From IMG/VR virus record IMGVR_UViG_3300043811_000226: 64,000 bases of DNA. The stretch is one strand, 5' to 3'. The DNA is from a virus. The notes below the pieces were generated by a model. That model ran no database searches. It was not told the DNA's origin and saw only the letters and a list, made by a program, of their open reading frames with translations. Below, piece by piece: positions 10,301-20,449 of this stretch. Made by a program: the position numbers and the translations under genes. Position 1 is the stretch's first letter. Every line of letters begins with the position of its first letter.

Positions 10301-10850
10301 CGAGCTGGGCGTGGGCTTGTTGTACTTGCGTCAGCAGTCCTGGGATGGAGGCCCTTGCTCCTTGTGGCGTCTGCACGATGGCGCCGTTCTCCTTGACCGC
10401 CTGACCCGGCCCTCCCAGAAACTGGCCCACGTTCGAGGTGAACTGCTGGTAGGCGGGCGCCTTGGTCACGTCGACGATGGTGGAAGAACGACTGGCCGCT
10501 GCCGAGGCGAGGGCTTGCAGCGAGGCTTGCACTCCGAAGAGGGGCGAGACGTCATCGACCGGCAGTACCTTCCTCCCGAGGGCCTGGATGTCCGACAGGA
10601 GCTGGCTGATGAGCGCAGACTCTGCGGTGATCTGGTCGTTCAGCCGCTGGCACCCTAGGAACAGAACGTAAAAAGGCGCGTTCGGGTAGAGCAAGAACAC
10701 GCCCGCAGCAGCTTGTTGTACATCACTGAATGAAACATCCGTGCGGAGTACACCTAAAGTATCAACCGGCCTCCGGATGGTTGACAGTACAAGCGACGTG
10801 ACCGCGCTCTGGATCTCGTCGTCGGTGTAGCCGGTGGTGTTCTGGGTCAT
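7386..10850 (-). CDS. large virion structural protein (tail/baseplate-associated, beta-rich repeats)
   Basis: 1154 aa, Thr/Gly/Val-rich with few charged residues, GTANSILGF-like segments. Confidence 0.6.
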   Translation of the reverse strand: MTQNTTGYTDDEIQSAVTSLVLSTIRRPVDTLGVLRTDVSFSDVQQAAAGVFLLYPNAPFYVLFLGCQRLNDQITAESALISQLLSDIQALGRKVLPVDDVSPLFGVQASLQALASAAASRSSTIVDVTKAPAYQQFTSNVGQFLGGPGQAVKENGAIVQTPQGARASIPGLLTQVQQAHAQLVATVQGLAAGIDDYNSMNLPSVVAGSILSNSAALVGKDAAALNSLTPTQRLADIRQVVLNLLTTQAVVNTFGVVSGPSDFYSLDGLGTAYSDVNHLAVPALAEATIGGGAAIIAGVSDTLHLTVDGAAPFDLVLNPSIMAELDGSRDDSTFVIGDGAHQVGPGGSYPNNNKVKVNVGGTTYVATLTLSGAPTHAVLTGTGDTTTAGWYGGGGTLNGKTFSFLFNGLTVESGSFTAPADSTALLAQLNAAISLFGTASIVGNRVVITTIGVSSTTTVTVLPGTANSILGFTNQESAAGGDSTRTADQVAADIQAVLPAGAVAEAYYSPLKFSGAMDIPAGTNTTWTVTGGPVTDLTQLGVAPEDTVTVQSGANAALGPLPISAVTPTSITVTGTVVVQPGAEVEIGAVHRKVRVRLDSPSTQLGPETSLSVFGDDTPSTNACSTLGFVNGAVVNCRRTTPDVVANDINSKTQVVSAGTVTVPSVGPVATAHTDATVPTHVAFSTAAATGTTSFVGPQVTFVVTSVTMGGTISTGDTIALRGGPSPGNGYTIATINGVTATGHTLAVGDSIDANGTFVGVAGTGVSAEFGPTLVLTKYRVVTITGGPNAGDYFVSGQGDTAIDAILLQNLPQTQQGTTLQPVTITASLGDMYLTLSSLNTTTASALVIAGNAVTLFFSGPTTVVGSTPWMQLPSLPRGLQAGDILEYYPTDYALPTLSFELVNVVAGLNIIQVGVDKNTGLGIPSNASWQFSVQPVPFARLRHGIKNDFTAVQTSFELWLSRSVNQPLFFENFSRVVNPLLANQNPTALQVAAAYNMLQSLFVFLTAAAATAQSQDPSQALDSIVQTYTVEPIPAVDTLIQSFAQKGSDRANDLLLQGQFSTFFNLTAEEASYAGAFQSATRAVAMNDLPVRKINRPETQNSQLLTSAASPDFEFTGSDLNEAIPGAPVDPPTDFGEPSTFGTTTGSTGSGKQ

Positions 10851-10857
10851 GTTCTTC

Positions 10858-13305
10858 CTACATGCTGAGAGTGAGGCTGTGCCCGTTAGGCAGAGTGACG
10901 GTGACCTTGGTGCCGTTCGCCTCTAGGCGCGTGTCCTGACCGAAGGCTTCCAGGAGTAGACCACGAAGGCGGTCGGCATAGTGACTGAGGTCTAGGTCGT
11001 GCGCGCTGAAGGCGTTCTTTATTGCTACCCTGGCCTTGGCCAGTTCTTCTTCTGTGGCGGGCTGGGTCATCGGTACAGTTTCTCCGGTACTACGTACGGG
11101 GGCACACCGCGCTGAATGCGGTCTTTGTAGTCTTCGCCATCCGCGTCGATGATGACCTCGCCGGCCTTGGCGCGGTAGACCTTGATGCTGCGAAAGACGC
11201 CTTCCCAGCTTGCAACTACGCGCGCATTCTTCGGCTGCTTCTGCAGGAGGGCAATGAGCTCCTCTACGGTCATGTCCTTCATGTCTTCCTCTCACGCGCT
11301 CAGCTGGTACTCGCTGATGTCGCCGTCCTTCCAGACGTTACCGCATGCGCGGCAGGTCAGCTTCCCTTGCGGCACTTCCCCGCACGACTTGCCAGGAAGA
11401 CGCCCTTGGCAGTCGGCGGGGCACTCGCTGGCCTTGTGGTAGACGGGCGCGTAGCCGGTGAAGACTACGGCGACGTTCGAGCTACTGCACTTCCAGCAGG
11501 TGGGCTGGCTCAAGGGAACCTCTCGTCGTTGGCTGCTGCTTCGTTGTCCTGCCTGCACTGCCTGTAGCCGGCGGTGAAGCCCTTCTGCCAGATGCACGCG
11601 GTACAGAGGCACGTGCATTCGGTGCCAGGTGGGTCGGGTGTGCCCGCGTTGGAGGCATCCCCGTAGCAATCCTCCCTCTCGGAGACGGAGCGTCTGCCCT
11701 GGCAGTGCCCTTGAGGCAGTACTGCCAGGTCGTCCATGTGTCGCGTTCGGGCCTCGGTCATGTTCCTGTCCTCTCAAAGCTCGGCATGCCGGCGTTCCAC
11801 CACGCGGTGAACTCGGCGCCGCTCGTATAGTCCACCTCGAGCTCCATGCTACCGAGGGGGTTGGCTCGGACGATGTGGTGGAGGCAGAGGTCCTGGTAGA
11901 AGTCGTCAGGGCGGCAGGTGCAGCCGCCGTCCATGGAGAACCCGGCGAGGGCCGAGTCTCCACAGAAGCTGCAGGTGCGGTCCTGCCAGGCGGCAGGGAT
12001 GTAGTACACGGAGACCGGCTGGCTCATGGCGAGGGAGTCTACTCCTTGGCTTGTTGGTTGCGCAGTCTGTCGTACTCCGCCTTCATGGCCTCTCTGAACT
12101 GCCTGCTGCCGTCCTCGAAGCCGCGTTCCCAGTCCTCCGGGAACTTGGGGGCGGGTGTTCCGATGGCGGCAGACTGGTGCCTTCCTGAAGCACCGAGGAG
12201 CCAGCCCTCCTTGTAGTCGAGGTACTGGGTGGTGTACTCGAAGCGGTCGATCACAGGCTTCTTACGCAGCTCGCAGAACTTACGCGTCTTGGCGATGCGC
12301 GCCGTTGTGTTGAGCTTTCTGAACGCGCGGAGCGGGTACGTCGAGCTGTCCAGGTCTTCGGTGAAGGGTATGCCTCGCATGCCTTCCACGGTCAGACCGT
12401 GAAGAAGACCTTGTGGCGTCCTGTCCTTGGCGGGCAGCAAGGCCCAACGCCACTCGAAGAGCGTGTCTAGGTTCTGCTTCATGGCCTGGGCTTGTGGTGG
12501 GTGTTGTTCTCGATGGCGTTGCACACGCACTCGAGGGTGCTCTTGCCACTCGAGAGCATCTGGTTCAGGGCGTCTTTGATGACGGGGTCGCGGCTGGCAC
12601 CCTTGAGCCAGCGCAGCCAGTCGATGATGGACTGCTTCTCCTTGTCGCGCTCTTTGACGAGCATGTCTTGGAGCTCGACGCCGTCAACGTGGATGTATTT
12701 CCTCGGAGGGCGGCCATCGAGGTGCATGTGGATGATCGTCTCGGGGTCGACGCCGTCTACCGACTCCTCCGTGACGCTGCCCTCCACAGTGGCGAGGGAG
12801 GTCTCGTCTTCGCTCATCTCCACTTCCTCGCGTTGTAAAGGCGATGTGCTGTGAAAAACGCCATCACCAGGATCACGATGCCAGCCACCGACAAGAAGAT
12901 GTGCGCCCACAAAGGCGCGGTGCAGCTGTCGAGCAGGAACACCGTAGTGGCGCTGAAGCCGCAGCCCACCAGTAACCAGTACCCTGTTCTTCTCCAGGTC
13001 TTGAGGTCCATCTAATGCTCCCGGCAGCTGTTCGGGTCGCACTGCGAACGCGGGACGTTGCAGTAGGTGCAGATGCCTGAAGGCGCAGTCGCAGCTGGCT
13101 CCAGGAGGTACACCACATCCTCCATGATGCTCTCGACAGAACGTTCGAGGTCCTCGTCCTCGAACACGACGTGCAGGAACTCGCCATCCGGCTGTGCAGC
13201 GACGAGGTTCAGTCGCCCTTCATGTACAAGCAGGGCGTGCTTGGCTCCCTTCGGAGGCGCGTACCTTGCGGTCATCGCCTCGAGTAGCTTCTTCGCGTTG
13301 CGCAT
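10858..13305 (-). other. run of about 9 small hypothetical CDSs (10858-11070, 11067-11282, 11510-11761, 11758-12027, 12039-12482, 12479-12817, 12814-13011 membrane, 13012-13305)
   Basis: Overlapping start/stop codons; several CxxC motifs. Confidence 0.5.
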
Positions 13306-13369
13306 CCTGACCTCCTCCTCTGGTTGGGCTTGGTTGTCTACGCGCGCGGATGGTGGCAGGCTCAAGTCC

Positions 13370-13564
13370 ATGCTCGAGACCCTGCTCACCATCGTCATCG
13401 CGCTGGCCTTGATCGGTACCATCCTCTGGGCGGCAGAGAAGTACCTCGTTGTCCCTGCGCCCTTCGTCTGGGCCAAAGGGCTCTTGATGTTCGTGCTCGT
13501 GGTGGCCGCGTGCTACTTCGTGTGGGACACACTGACGCCGCACGTACTTCACAGGCACCTGTAG
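13370..13564 (+). CDS. small two-TM membrane protein
   Basis: MLETLLTIVIALALIGTILWAA...LLMFVLVVAACYFVW; opposite strand; no SD. Confidence 0.65.
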   Translation: MLETLLTIVIALALIGTILWAAEKYLVVPAPFVWAKGLLMFVLVVAACYFVWDTLTPHVLHRHL

Positions 13565-13568
13565 CTAT

Positions 13569-14356
13569 TCACGGGTTGAAGCTCTCCGCGAGCTCGATGG
13601 CCGCCTGGACTCGCTCTTCTTCTCCCGACTGGACTACGAGGACAGCCTCGTAGAGGTCTTGAAGGCGCGCCGCTCCCATCACGCGGTACGTGCGGCTCGC
13701 CTTGATTAGAAGATGCAGGGTGCCTGTGCGGTCTTCGAAGAAGAGGTCCCACTGACCATCGTGCTTTCGCCACCACAGGGTGCCCTCTTCATCAAGCTCT
13801 ATGCGGGCTGCGCAGCCCAGATGCTTGTCTCGAAGACGCTTCGCAGCCTGTGTCAGCGCCTCGTTCAAGCGTTCGGTCAGCTCATCGAGACGCTTCATCC
13901 GCCGTCGAAGCCTAGTGCACGCAGGGCCGCTTCGATCTCGGCGCATGCTTCGGGGGGCATTTTGGGCAACGCGTGCGCGGCACGCAGATGGCCGATGGCA
14001 AGATCCACGCGCCTGTTCATGCTGCTCTTCTGGCTGTCTGCCGCTGGCGCTAGTACAAGCTCGGCGAGGGCATGGATGGCGACCGTCACCTCAGACGACA
14101 GCAAATAGTCAGGCAAGGGCCTGCTCGACAGCACTTCGAGCAGACGCTCCTTCGCCGGCTTCGCTATGAACGCGTGATGCTCCTCGGCACGCTTCCGCGC
14201 ATCCCTCTGAGCGTCTTCCTTCGCGGCACCTGACCCAAGCACCACCCTGCCATCTGTGCACCAAACCGCAGTGCGCCAGTACCCTGGGGTGGTTCTTCCT
14301 CCTGCATCAACGTCAGGAGCCATCCAGTGCGTATTGAACTTCAGATCTTCCGTCAT
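13569..14356 (-). other. two hypothetical CDSs (13569-13898, 13895-14356)
   Basis: ORF track, coupled overlap. Confidence 0.5.
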
Positions 14357-14826
14357 GGTCAGTCCTTCTCCCAGTCCGGGGGTGTAGTTCCATGAGCACG
14401 CAGTGCTCGTAGACGTCACCAACCGCCGTCGTGTTCTTTGCACAACGCTCGGTCCGTCTGCACACCGCACTCGCGGCACGCCTGCATCTTCCGCTTCGAT
14501 CCGAACCAGAAGATGACCGTCAAAACAACCAGCCACGCGGCCCACATCCATGTCTCGTTCATCGGTTTACCCTTTCTTTCTTGGGAGGTTATTACTATTC
14601 CGCCGCGCGCACGCGGGGTGGCATGGATCATCACTACACTAGCTCCACAACGTTCCACCCAATTTGCTGTTCGAGCAGCGCGAGGACCGCCGAATTGGTG
14701 AACGGAGCATGAGCGTTTCCCTTCCACGCAACTACAGCCGTGGCGATGGCGTCAAGCCTGCGCAGCCAGTCGACCAGTTTGGACAGCTCATGCATCTCTT
14801 CCTCCGTTGCGCGCACGGGATTGAGT

Positions 14827-15294
14827 CTAACCATCGGCTCTTTCGGTCGCTTCGGCGAGTAGGTCTTCGCCGGCCGGACGCGCGATTCCGGGTCGCATGT
14901 TGGTCTTGCCGAGGATGGCGGAGTGCCAGTTGGCGAGCGCCGCTGCCGCGGTGATGGTGTGATGTAGGGCCTTGTCGACGTCACCCTTGATGTGCGACGC
15001 GAGCGCCTTGCCGGCGAGGTACCCGATGAGCCAGAACCAGTCCGCCGGTGACTTGCCGTCGTCATGCTCCGTGCCCCACCGCTCGCGCTGGTGGGCGCCT
15101 TCGAGGCGGACCGCTTTCGCGAAGTCGTACAGCTCGGGCGTGTTGAGCTGAGCGAGCGCCTCGTCTCGCTGAACCTCTGTACGTGCCAGTTGCACTTCGA
15201 GGCACCGTTCGCGCTTGTGTGTGGCGTACCCGACGAAGGACACGTCTCCCTCGCCATAGTCGGTGCCGCATTGGTCGCAATGGTACTGGGTCAT
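14827..15294 (-). CDS. conserved phage protein, possibly MazG/NTP-pyrophosphatase-like helical fold
   Basis: EGAHQRERWG..HD..K.PADWFWLIGYLAGKA...AAAALANW. Confidence 0.5.
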   Translation of the reverse strand: MTQYHCDQCGTDYGEGDVSFVGYATHKRERCLEVQLARTEVQRDEALAQLNTPELYDFAKAVRLEGAHQRERWGTEHDDGKSPADWFWLIGYLAGKALASHIKGDVDKALHHTITAAAALANWHSAILGKTNMRPGIARPAGEDLLAEATERADG

Positions 15295-15724
15295 GTGGCT
15301 CTTTCTGGCGGCGCGCGCAGATGGTCTAGCGCGACTCTCGTAACTTCTTTTCGTGTAGGTACAGGACGACAAGCTGCTCAACTAGCCAAGCGTCGTTTTC
15401 GTGGCCGCGAGCGCGAAGGGATGTAGCGAGGTCTCTCGCTGCCTGTACAGCGCGACGGCGGTCCGCTTCACTCCAGTCTTCCGGCTTACACTCGACGGTC
15501 ATTTGCATGTCTCCGGTGAAGCGCGCAGATGGGCGAGTTTCATGCGCGCGAAAAGCGCCGGTCTCTCCCGGCTGTCACGTCCAGTTTCACCTGACGTTCG
15601 GCGTACCGTGACCCTCACGGCAAGGGCCTTGGCTTGGCGAGGGTCTCTCGCGGATCCAAGGGACGTCTTTGGGCAAGCGCGCATCTAGTTGAGTCTCACT
15701 CCCGTCGTTTCTTGACGCAGGTGT

Positions 15725-15976
15725 CTACCTAGTGAGGCCTTCATCATCTGGCGCCTCGATCATGCGCTTGCGTTTGGCGCGGTCTGTATCAGACGGTGCC
15801 GGCATCTCGAGCGAAGAGAGAAGGCGATCCTGGATACCGCGCAGCGCTCTCTCCTTGGCCAAGATGCGGCGCTTGAGTGTGCCGATGCTACTGAGCTGCT
15901 CGTAGAGCTTCTCGTAGTCGTCGTCGATCTCGCGCTTCAGTCTGCGCCCATCCTCGAGGAGCTTAGTGTCGTTCAT
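15725..15976 (-). CDS. hypothetical coiled-coil protein
   Basis: ORF track. Confidence 0.55.
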   Translation of the reverse strand: MNDTKLLEDGRRLKREIDDDYEKLYEQLSSIGTLKRRILAKERALRGIQDRLLSSLEMPAPSDTDRAKRKRMIEAPDDEGLTR

Positions 15977-17268
15977 GTCAGTGGCTTCTCCAAGTCATGC
16001 GAGCGCACCAAGATAGGCGCATCCTCGGGACCCTTGAAGTGCGGCTCGATCCAGATGACCTTGCGCAGACTTTTTTGCGGCCCGTGTGGTTGATTACGAA
16101 GGTGGCCGCGCACGAGCCATTGAAGCGATGCAGTACCGCGCCGCTTGCCGTGTACGTACTGGCGTACTTCCTCACGGCAGTCCACTGTCACGGGACGTCC
16201 GACTTGGTAGACACGACAGACGGGCTCTCGCGTCTTGCGTGCCATGGCTACTTCATCGGAGGCTGGGTGACCCAACGGCTTCACGTCCTTCTTCTCGGTC
16301 ATCAGGACGCAGGTGTTGACCAGAAGACGCGTCAGCAGGTTCAAAACGCGGTCGTCTTGCTTGGACAACTCTTGCTGGAACGCGCCCCAGGCCGCTCGCT
16401 CCATATCCTCCAACTCCTCTGGTTCTGAGAGCAGCTCCTTGTACGTCTGGCGAATACGATAGACTGTCGTGCCGTCTTCGCACCACCCAACGAACGTGCA
16501 ACCTGGTTGCACAGGCTCGTCTTCACGACGCGTGGGGTGGAAGCACGCCATGATGTAGCGCACCTCAACCTGCTCTCCGTTGATTGAACTAGCAACAGAC
16601 AGAAGACGGTCAGGCACCTCGATGAGGAATGTGGGCCATGGCGCGTGTAGCTCAATGTCCTTCGGGATGCCCGTCGACATAAGAGCAGCAGCGTACTTGT
16701 GCCCCTGGTAGCGCACCGCAGGGAAAGCGTAGTGCGTCCAGTGGGACGCCATGAACGCCAGCAAGTTGCCGTCCTCTGTACGAACCCACTGAGAGGCTAG
16801 CTCTGCCTGATCGGGTGGCATGGAATCGATGCCGCGCTGAATCCCGTTCGAGAAGCCATCGGTGTCGAAAGGGGCGCAATGTGCCAGAGTGAACTGCCAC
16901 CAGAACATGCCGATGCGCATGAGGTCTTCACGCTTCCAATGCCCCTGCGTCAGAGGTTGTCCTCTACGCTCCATATTCTTCTTGAAGAGGTAGGAATTAT
17001 AGAGCGCTTCGTAGCGCATCCTATCTACTTCCTTGAAGCTCTTCTTGTAATCTTCGAGCGCCGCTGCGGGGTTGGCTTTCGCGCGTGCGATGAGGGTCCG
17101 CAACGCCGCTACTATTCCTGGAATGTTTTCTTCTGGTAGAGGCTCTAGCAGCTGTGCGCGCGAGGCCTCTGGGCACATACGGAGCATGGCGTCGGCACCG
17201 GCCTCCGCATCTTCCACGGAGGCACCTTCTTCAAGACGCACTTTCTTTGCGAGTTCGTAGAAGTTCAT
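15973..17268 (-). CDS. conserved phage protein with C-terminal VRGH...WIEPHFKG motif
   Basis: 431 aa; promoter motif 8 nt upstream of the ATG. Confidence 0.65.
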   Translation of the reverse strand: MNFYELAKKVRLEEGASVEDAEAGADAMLRMCPEASRAQLLEPLPEENIPGIVAALRTLIARAKANPAAALEDYKKSFKEVDRMRYEALYNSYLFKKNMERRGQPLTQGHWKREDLMRIGMFWWQFTLAHCAPFDTDGFSNGIQRGIDSMPPDQAELASQWVRTEDGNLLAFMASHWTHYAFPAVRYQGHKYAAALMSTGIPKDIELHAPWPTFLIEVPDRLLSVASSINGEQVEVRYIMACFHPTRREDEPVQPGCTFVGWCEDGTTVYRIRQTYKELLSEPEELEDMERAAWGAFQQELSKQDDRVLNLLTRLLVNTCVLMTEKKDVKPLGHPASDEVAMARKTREPVCRVYQVGRPVTVDCREEVRQYVHGKRRGTASLQWLVRGHLRNQPHGPQKSLRKVIWIEPHFKGPEDAPILVRSHDLEKPLT

Positions 17269-17276
17269 GTCACTAT

Positions 17277-17305
17277 TCTTATACCCGAGCGGTCACGGTC
17301 CTTGT
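17277..17305 (-). promoter_or_regulatory. phage bipartite promoter-like motif
   Basis: ACAAGG-N-CGGGTATAAGA. Confidence 0.6.
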
Positions 17306-17622
17306 GTAGACGGACGCTCCTGCAAGTCGACGGTCTGGCCCTTCAAGTCGTGAACGCTGTCGCCGTGGAAGATGAGCTTCCCGTTGGTCAGGTTCAGGTG
17401 GCAGCGCCGCTGCTTCGGGTCGGGGTGCTTCTCACACGTGTTTAGCAGCGACGGCGTGAACGTGGGCGCCACCATGTTGCCGTTGAACTCCCACGCTGGC
17501 GTTGGACCGTTCTTGGTCTCCCAGCTCTTCGTGTAGAAGATGTGGGTGTGCTTACAGCCAGGGCAGTAGAAGACGTAGCCCACGATCACGCCGTTCTCGT
17601 CGGGCTTCGGTTGTAGCTTCAT
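17293..17622 (-). CDS. DUF6527-like Cys/His protein
   Basis: FYCPGC..H...WEFNGN..APTFTPSLL...CH..LTNGK..F..D. Confidence 0.7.
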   Translation of the reverse strand: MKLQPKPDENGVIVGYVFYCPGCKHTHIFYTKSWETKNGPTPAWEFNGNMVAPTFTPSLLNTCEKHPDPKQRRCHLNLTNGKLIFHGDSVHDLKGQTVDLQERPSTQGP

Positions 17623-17894
17623 GGCGCCTTGTACCCCTCGAGCTTGATCATCACGTGCCAGGTGCAGCCTGTGCGTGTACACACCCAGCTCGGCTTCACC
17701 GTACCGTCTGTCTCGATAGAGTGCACTCGACTCGTAAGCCGAAGAGTGTGCCCATTGGCGCAGGTCACAAGGGCCAGGTCGTGCTCAAACATGCTGCCTT
17801 TGGGCGTGTGCTTGGCGTAGTCCCACGTGCACGGCTCAGCGTGGGTTCCGTGATCAGGGATGCGCTGGTCCGCTCTTCGAAGGAGGATGGCCAT
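17619..17894 (-). CDS. DUF6527-like Cys/His protein
   Basis: C.NGH...H.I..DGTV.PSW.C..GC.WH. Confidence 0.6.
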   Translation of the reverse strand: MAILLRRADQRIPDHGTHAEPCTWDYAKHTPKGSMFEHDLALVTCANGHTLRLTSRVHSIETDGTVKPSWVCTRTGCTWHVMIKLEGYKAP

Positions 17895-17922
17895 GGCTAA
17901 AAGAAGGGGCGAGGGCCCCTTC
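17895..17922 (-). terminator. intrinsic terminator with TTTTAGCC tail
   Basis: GAAGGGGC/GCCCCTTC 8-bp stem, 4-nt loop. Confidence 0.7.
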
Positions 17923-18108
17923 AGTGTACTACGCGCCTCCACCTACCCCCAGTTCAGGGCAAGGCGACTCGAGCTCAGCCAGCATCTCCTCTTCGGTGCG
18001 TTCGTCACGCGCCGCTCGGAGTAGCCATTGAAACTCGGGGTTGCAGTCCGCGATGTCTTCGAGCGTGATGGGTTCTTGTACTTTCGGCATGGCAGGAGCC
18101 TCCATTGT

Positions 18109-18137
18109 TCTTGTTCCCGAAAGGCCCCTGGAATTGC
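18109..18137 (-). promoter_or_regulatory. phage bipartite promoter-like motif
   Basis: GCAATTC-N-CGGGAACAAGA followed by GGAGG RBS. Confidence 0.55.
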
Positions 18138-18140
18138 CCG

Positions 18141-19164
18141 CTACGCGGAGCGAACGATCATGTCCTCCTTCTTGACGGCGCACTCGAGCATGCGCTGTGT
18201 GTCATCGGGGGACGTGTTGCTGGCCACGCCGACGAAGGCGCCTTCTTCGTCGGTGACGACAACAACGATGCGTCCGCCCTTTGGCATCTGCCAAACAGTG
18301 TCATCAACCACGCCTCGCGCAAAGGAGGCCAGCTCCTTCCGTGTAGCAGGCCTTGGCGGCTTCTTTTTGGGCGGCTCCTCGGAAATAGGTCCTTGCCTGT
18401 AGCTGTTCGGCACTTGATGAAGGACCTGTCCTACGCATCCGATGTCCTTCCAGCTCGTGCCATGCACCGTAGGGGAGGACGTTACGCAGGTGACGAGGAC
18501 GTCGGCACCATCAGGTGTGGTGTACTTGCAGGAGCCTCCGACCTTGGCCTGGCTGTACGAGAACCAGCCATAGAGCTTCTCGCTGGGGTCCTTCTGCTTG
18601 CGTATCACAGTCCCAGCGCTCCCTTGGCAATCTGCTCAGCAGCCATAAAGGCTCGAGCACCCATCAGCACGAAGCGCTCTCGGTCGGCGCTGATAGCAAG
18701 GATGGCCTCGAGGGCCTTCTTCAAGTTCGCCGGTGCCTTGAAGCCCTTGCTGAAGAGAGCTGCCTTGATGTCGCCCGCGAGCTCAGGGTCGGCGTCCTTG
18801 TAGTCCTCAGCCAGCTCCCATAGGGCGCGCTGCGCATGCGGGTCCTTGAAGCTGAGTACGATCTTGCCAGCAGGCAAGTCGGGGTGCTTGTCACTCTTGA
18901 ACTCTCCCTCAATTAGATGATGGCCCATGGTGTCCTCCATGCTTCTTATGCCTTCTGCTCGTCGAGGGTTGCCTGCGCCTCTTCCTCGTCCTCTTCCCCA
19001 CCACGCCGATCACACTCTTCTACGAGTTCGTCGCGTGCACGCTCGAAGGCCAGGTACTCCTTCGAACCCTCCGCGATGTCGTCGGGGAACAGGTTGTCGC
19101 CGTTCTCCCGGAGGTAGTAGGCGAGCTCTCGAAGGAGCTTCTTCTTTGCACGGGCCTTGTTCAT
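18141..19164 (-). other. three hypothetical CDSs (18141-18608, 18605-18928, 18946-19164)
   Basis: RBSs present; 18605-18928 has an F.SDK.P...SFKDP.A..AL motif. Confidence 0.6.
18944..18972 (-). promoter_or_regulatory. phage bipartite promoter-like motif
   Basis: GCAACC-N-AGGCATAAGAAGCATGGAGG. Confidence 0.6.
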
Positions 19165-19175
19165 GTAGTTCCTCT

Positions 19176-19210
19176 GGCTAAAAGAAGAGGCGCGTATTGC
19201 GCACCCCTTC
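19176..19210 (-). terminator. intrinsic terminator with TTTTAGCC tail
   Basis: GAAGGGGTGCGC/GCGCCTCTTC imperfect stem. Confidence 0.6.
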
Positions 19211-19216
19211 CCTACT

Positions 19217-19786
19217 TCACTCCGGTGACCAGGTGGCTGACCAGAGCTGCTTCACCTGTGCTTCTCGCTCGGGAGACACGCTTCCCAAGTTGTACAGCAG
19301 CGCACGCGTATTACGCACCTCTGATGCCAGATGGTCCGCCCACGCTTTCTCCCACTGCGGGTTGTTCTTCTCTTGGAACCGACGCGCAAGAATGTGTCGG
19401 CGCATGGCGATGACCGCATCCTGTCCCAGCAACGTGTTCGTGAGAAGCGCGTTGATCTGGAGGATGCGCAGAAAGAGCTCCAGGATCTCGAGGAAAGGGT
19501 ACTCGCGCAACCTCAGTGCGAGCGCACGCGGGTCTCCCTTCGGAAGAACGTCGAGACTGAGAGGCGGTAGCGTGGACTGGCTCTTCGCGACTTGCGCGAG
19601 AGCCTGCACGACGTGCATGCGGTGCGGCTGGCACAGCCCGGAGCAGAGGGTCGTGAAGATCTTCTGATCCGAGCAGAGCGCGAGAGTAGCAGCGCAGTCT
19701 GCAGCGTCTTCCGTGTTCTTCGCGCGGCAGATGACGCATGCCTTGTTGTCTTCGGTGACGGTCGTCGGTACTTGGTGGGTGTTCAT
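19217..19786 (-). CDS. hypothetical protein with N-terminal Cys cluster
   Basis: GGAGG RBS; promoter motif at 19803-19831. Confidence 0.6.
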   Translation of the reverse strand: MNTHQVPTTVTEDNKACVICRAKNTEDAADCAATLALCSDQKIFTTLCSGLCQPHRMHVVQALAQVAKSQSTLPPLSLDVLPKGDPRALALRLREYPFLEILELFLRILQINALLTNTLLGQDAVIAMRRHILARRFQEKNNPQWEKAWADHLASEVRNTRALLYNLGSVSPEREAQVKQLWSATWSPE

Positions 19787-19802
19787 GAGGGGCCTCCAGT
19801 AC

Positions 19803-19831
19803 TCTTGTTCCCGAATCGTACCTTCTTTTGC
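19803..19831 (-). promoter_or_regulatory. phage bipartite promoter-like motif
   Basis: GCAAAAG-N11-CGGGAACAAGA. Confidence 0.6.
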
Positions 19832-19872
19832 CTAAAAAGAAGGCCCCCGCCGCCATAGCGGAGAGGGCCTTC
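19830..19872 (-). terminator. intrinsic terminator closing the RAMP/array locus
   Basis: GAAGGCCC...GGGCCTTC stem followed by TTTTTAGGC on the minus strand. Confidence 0.7.
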
Positions 19873-19874
19873 AA

Positions 19875-20449
19875 GGCAGGGCGGGACTCGAACTGGCACG
19901 TCACGCGCTACGGGTCGACGTGGCATGTCTAGCGGGCGGGCTTGTGCAGGCGCGGCTTGTCACCTCGCGTAGTAAGGGGTGGGGTGGGCTTGTCACCTAG
20001 ACGCGGTATGAGAAGATTGGGCTCGTCGCGAGGAAGGACGCGGTCGGACGGGACTTCGGCATGGTTCGTCGCCAGGGATGTTCCGACTGGGGTTGGCTTG
20101 TCACACGGCTGGCCTGGGCATGGTTTGTCATGTCGGGATGGTGGAGTACGACACGTCGCACGTGATGGAGCGACTTGGCGCAAGATGGCTCGTCACCTGG
20201 GCAGGTCCTATGAGACTAGGCATGTCGCTGGGGACGACTGGACTTGGCTCGTCGAGGGGGGGGGGGGTGTGTGGCTAGTCTTGGCACGTCACGAGGCATT
20301 GTTCGGGACGGAATGTCTCCTGGCCTGGAAGATCACGGTGTGGTCAGGGATGTCATTCTGGTGCGACTCGGAGTGGAGAGGCTTGTCTCGTGGAAGGGAT
20401 CGGGTTGGGCAGAGAAAGCTCGTCGCCGAGGCTAGTACTGGTGCGTCGC
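19875..20449. repeat. pentamer-register repeat array, downstream of the RAMP gene; candidate guide-RNA array
   Basis: 18 GTCRY-type anchors from 19900 to 20445; all 17 spacings equal 2 or 3 mod 5; filled with G[G/A]N-NN pentamers. Confidence 0.88.
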
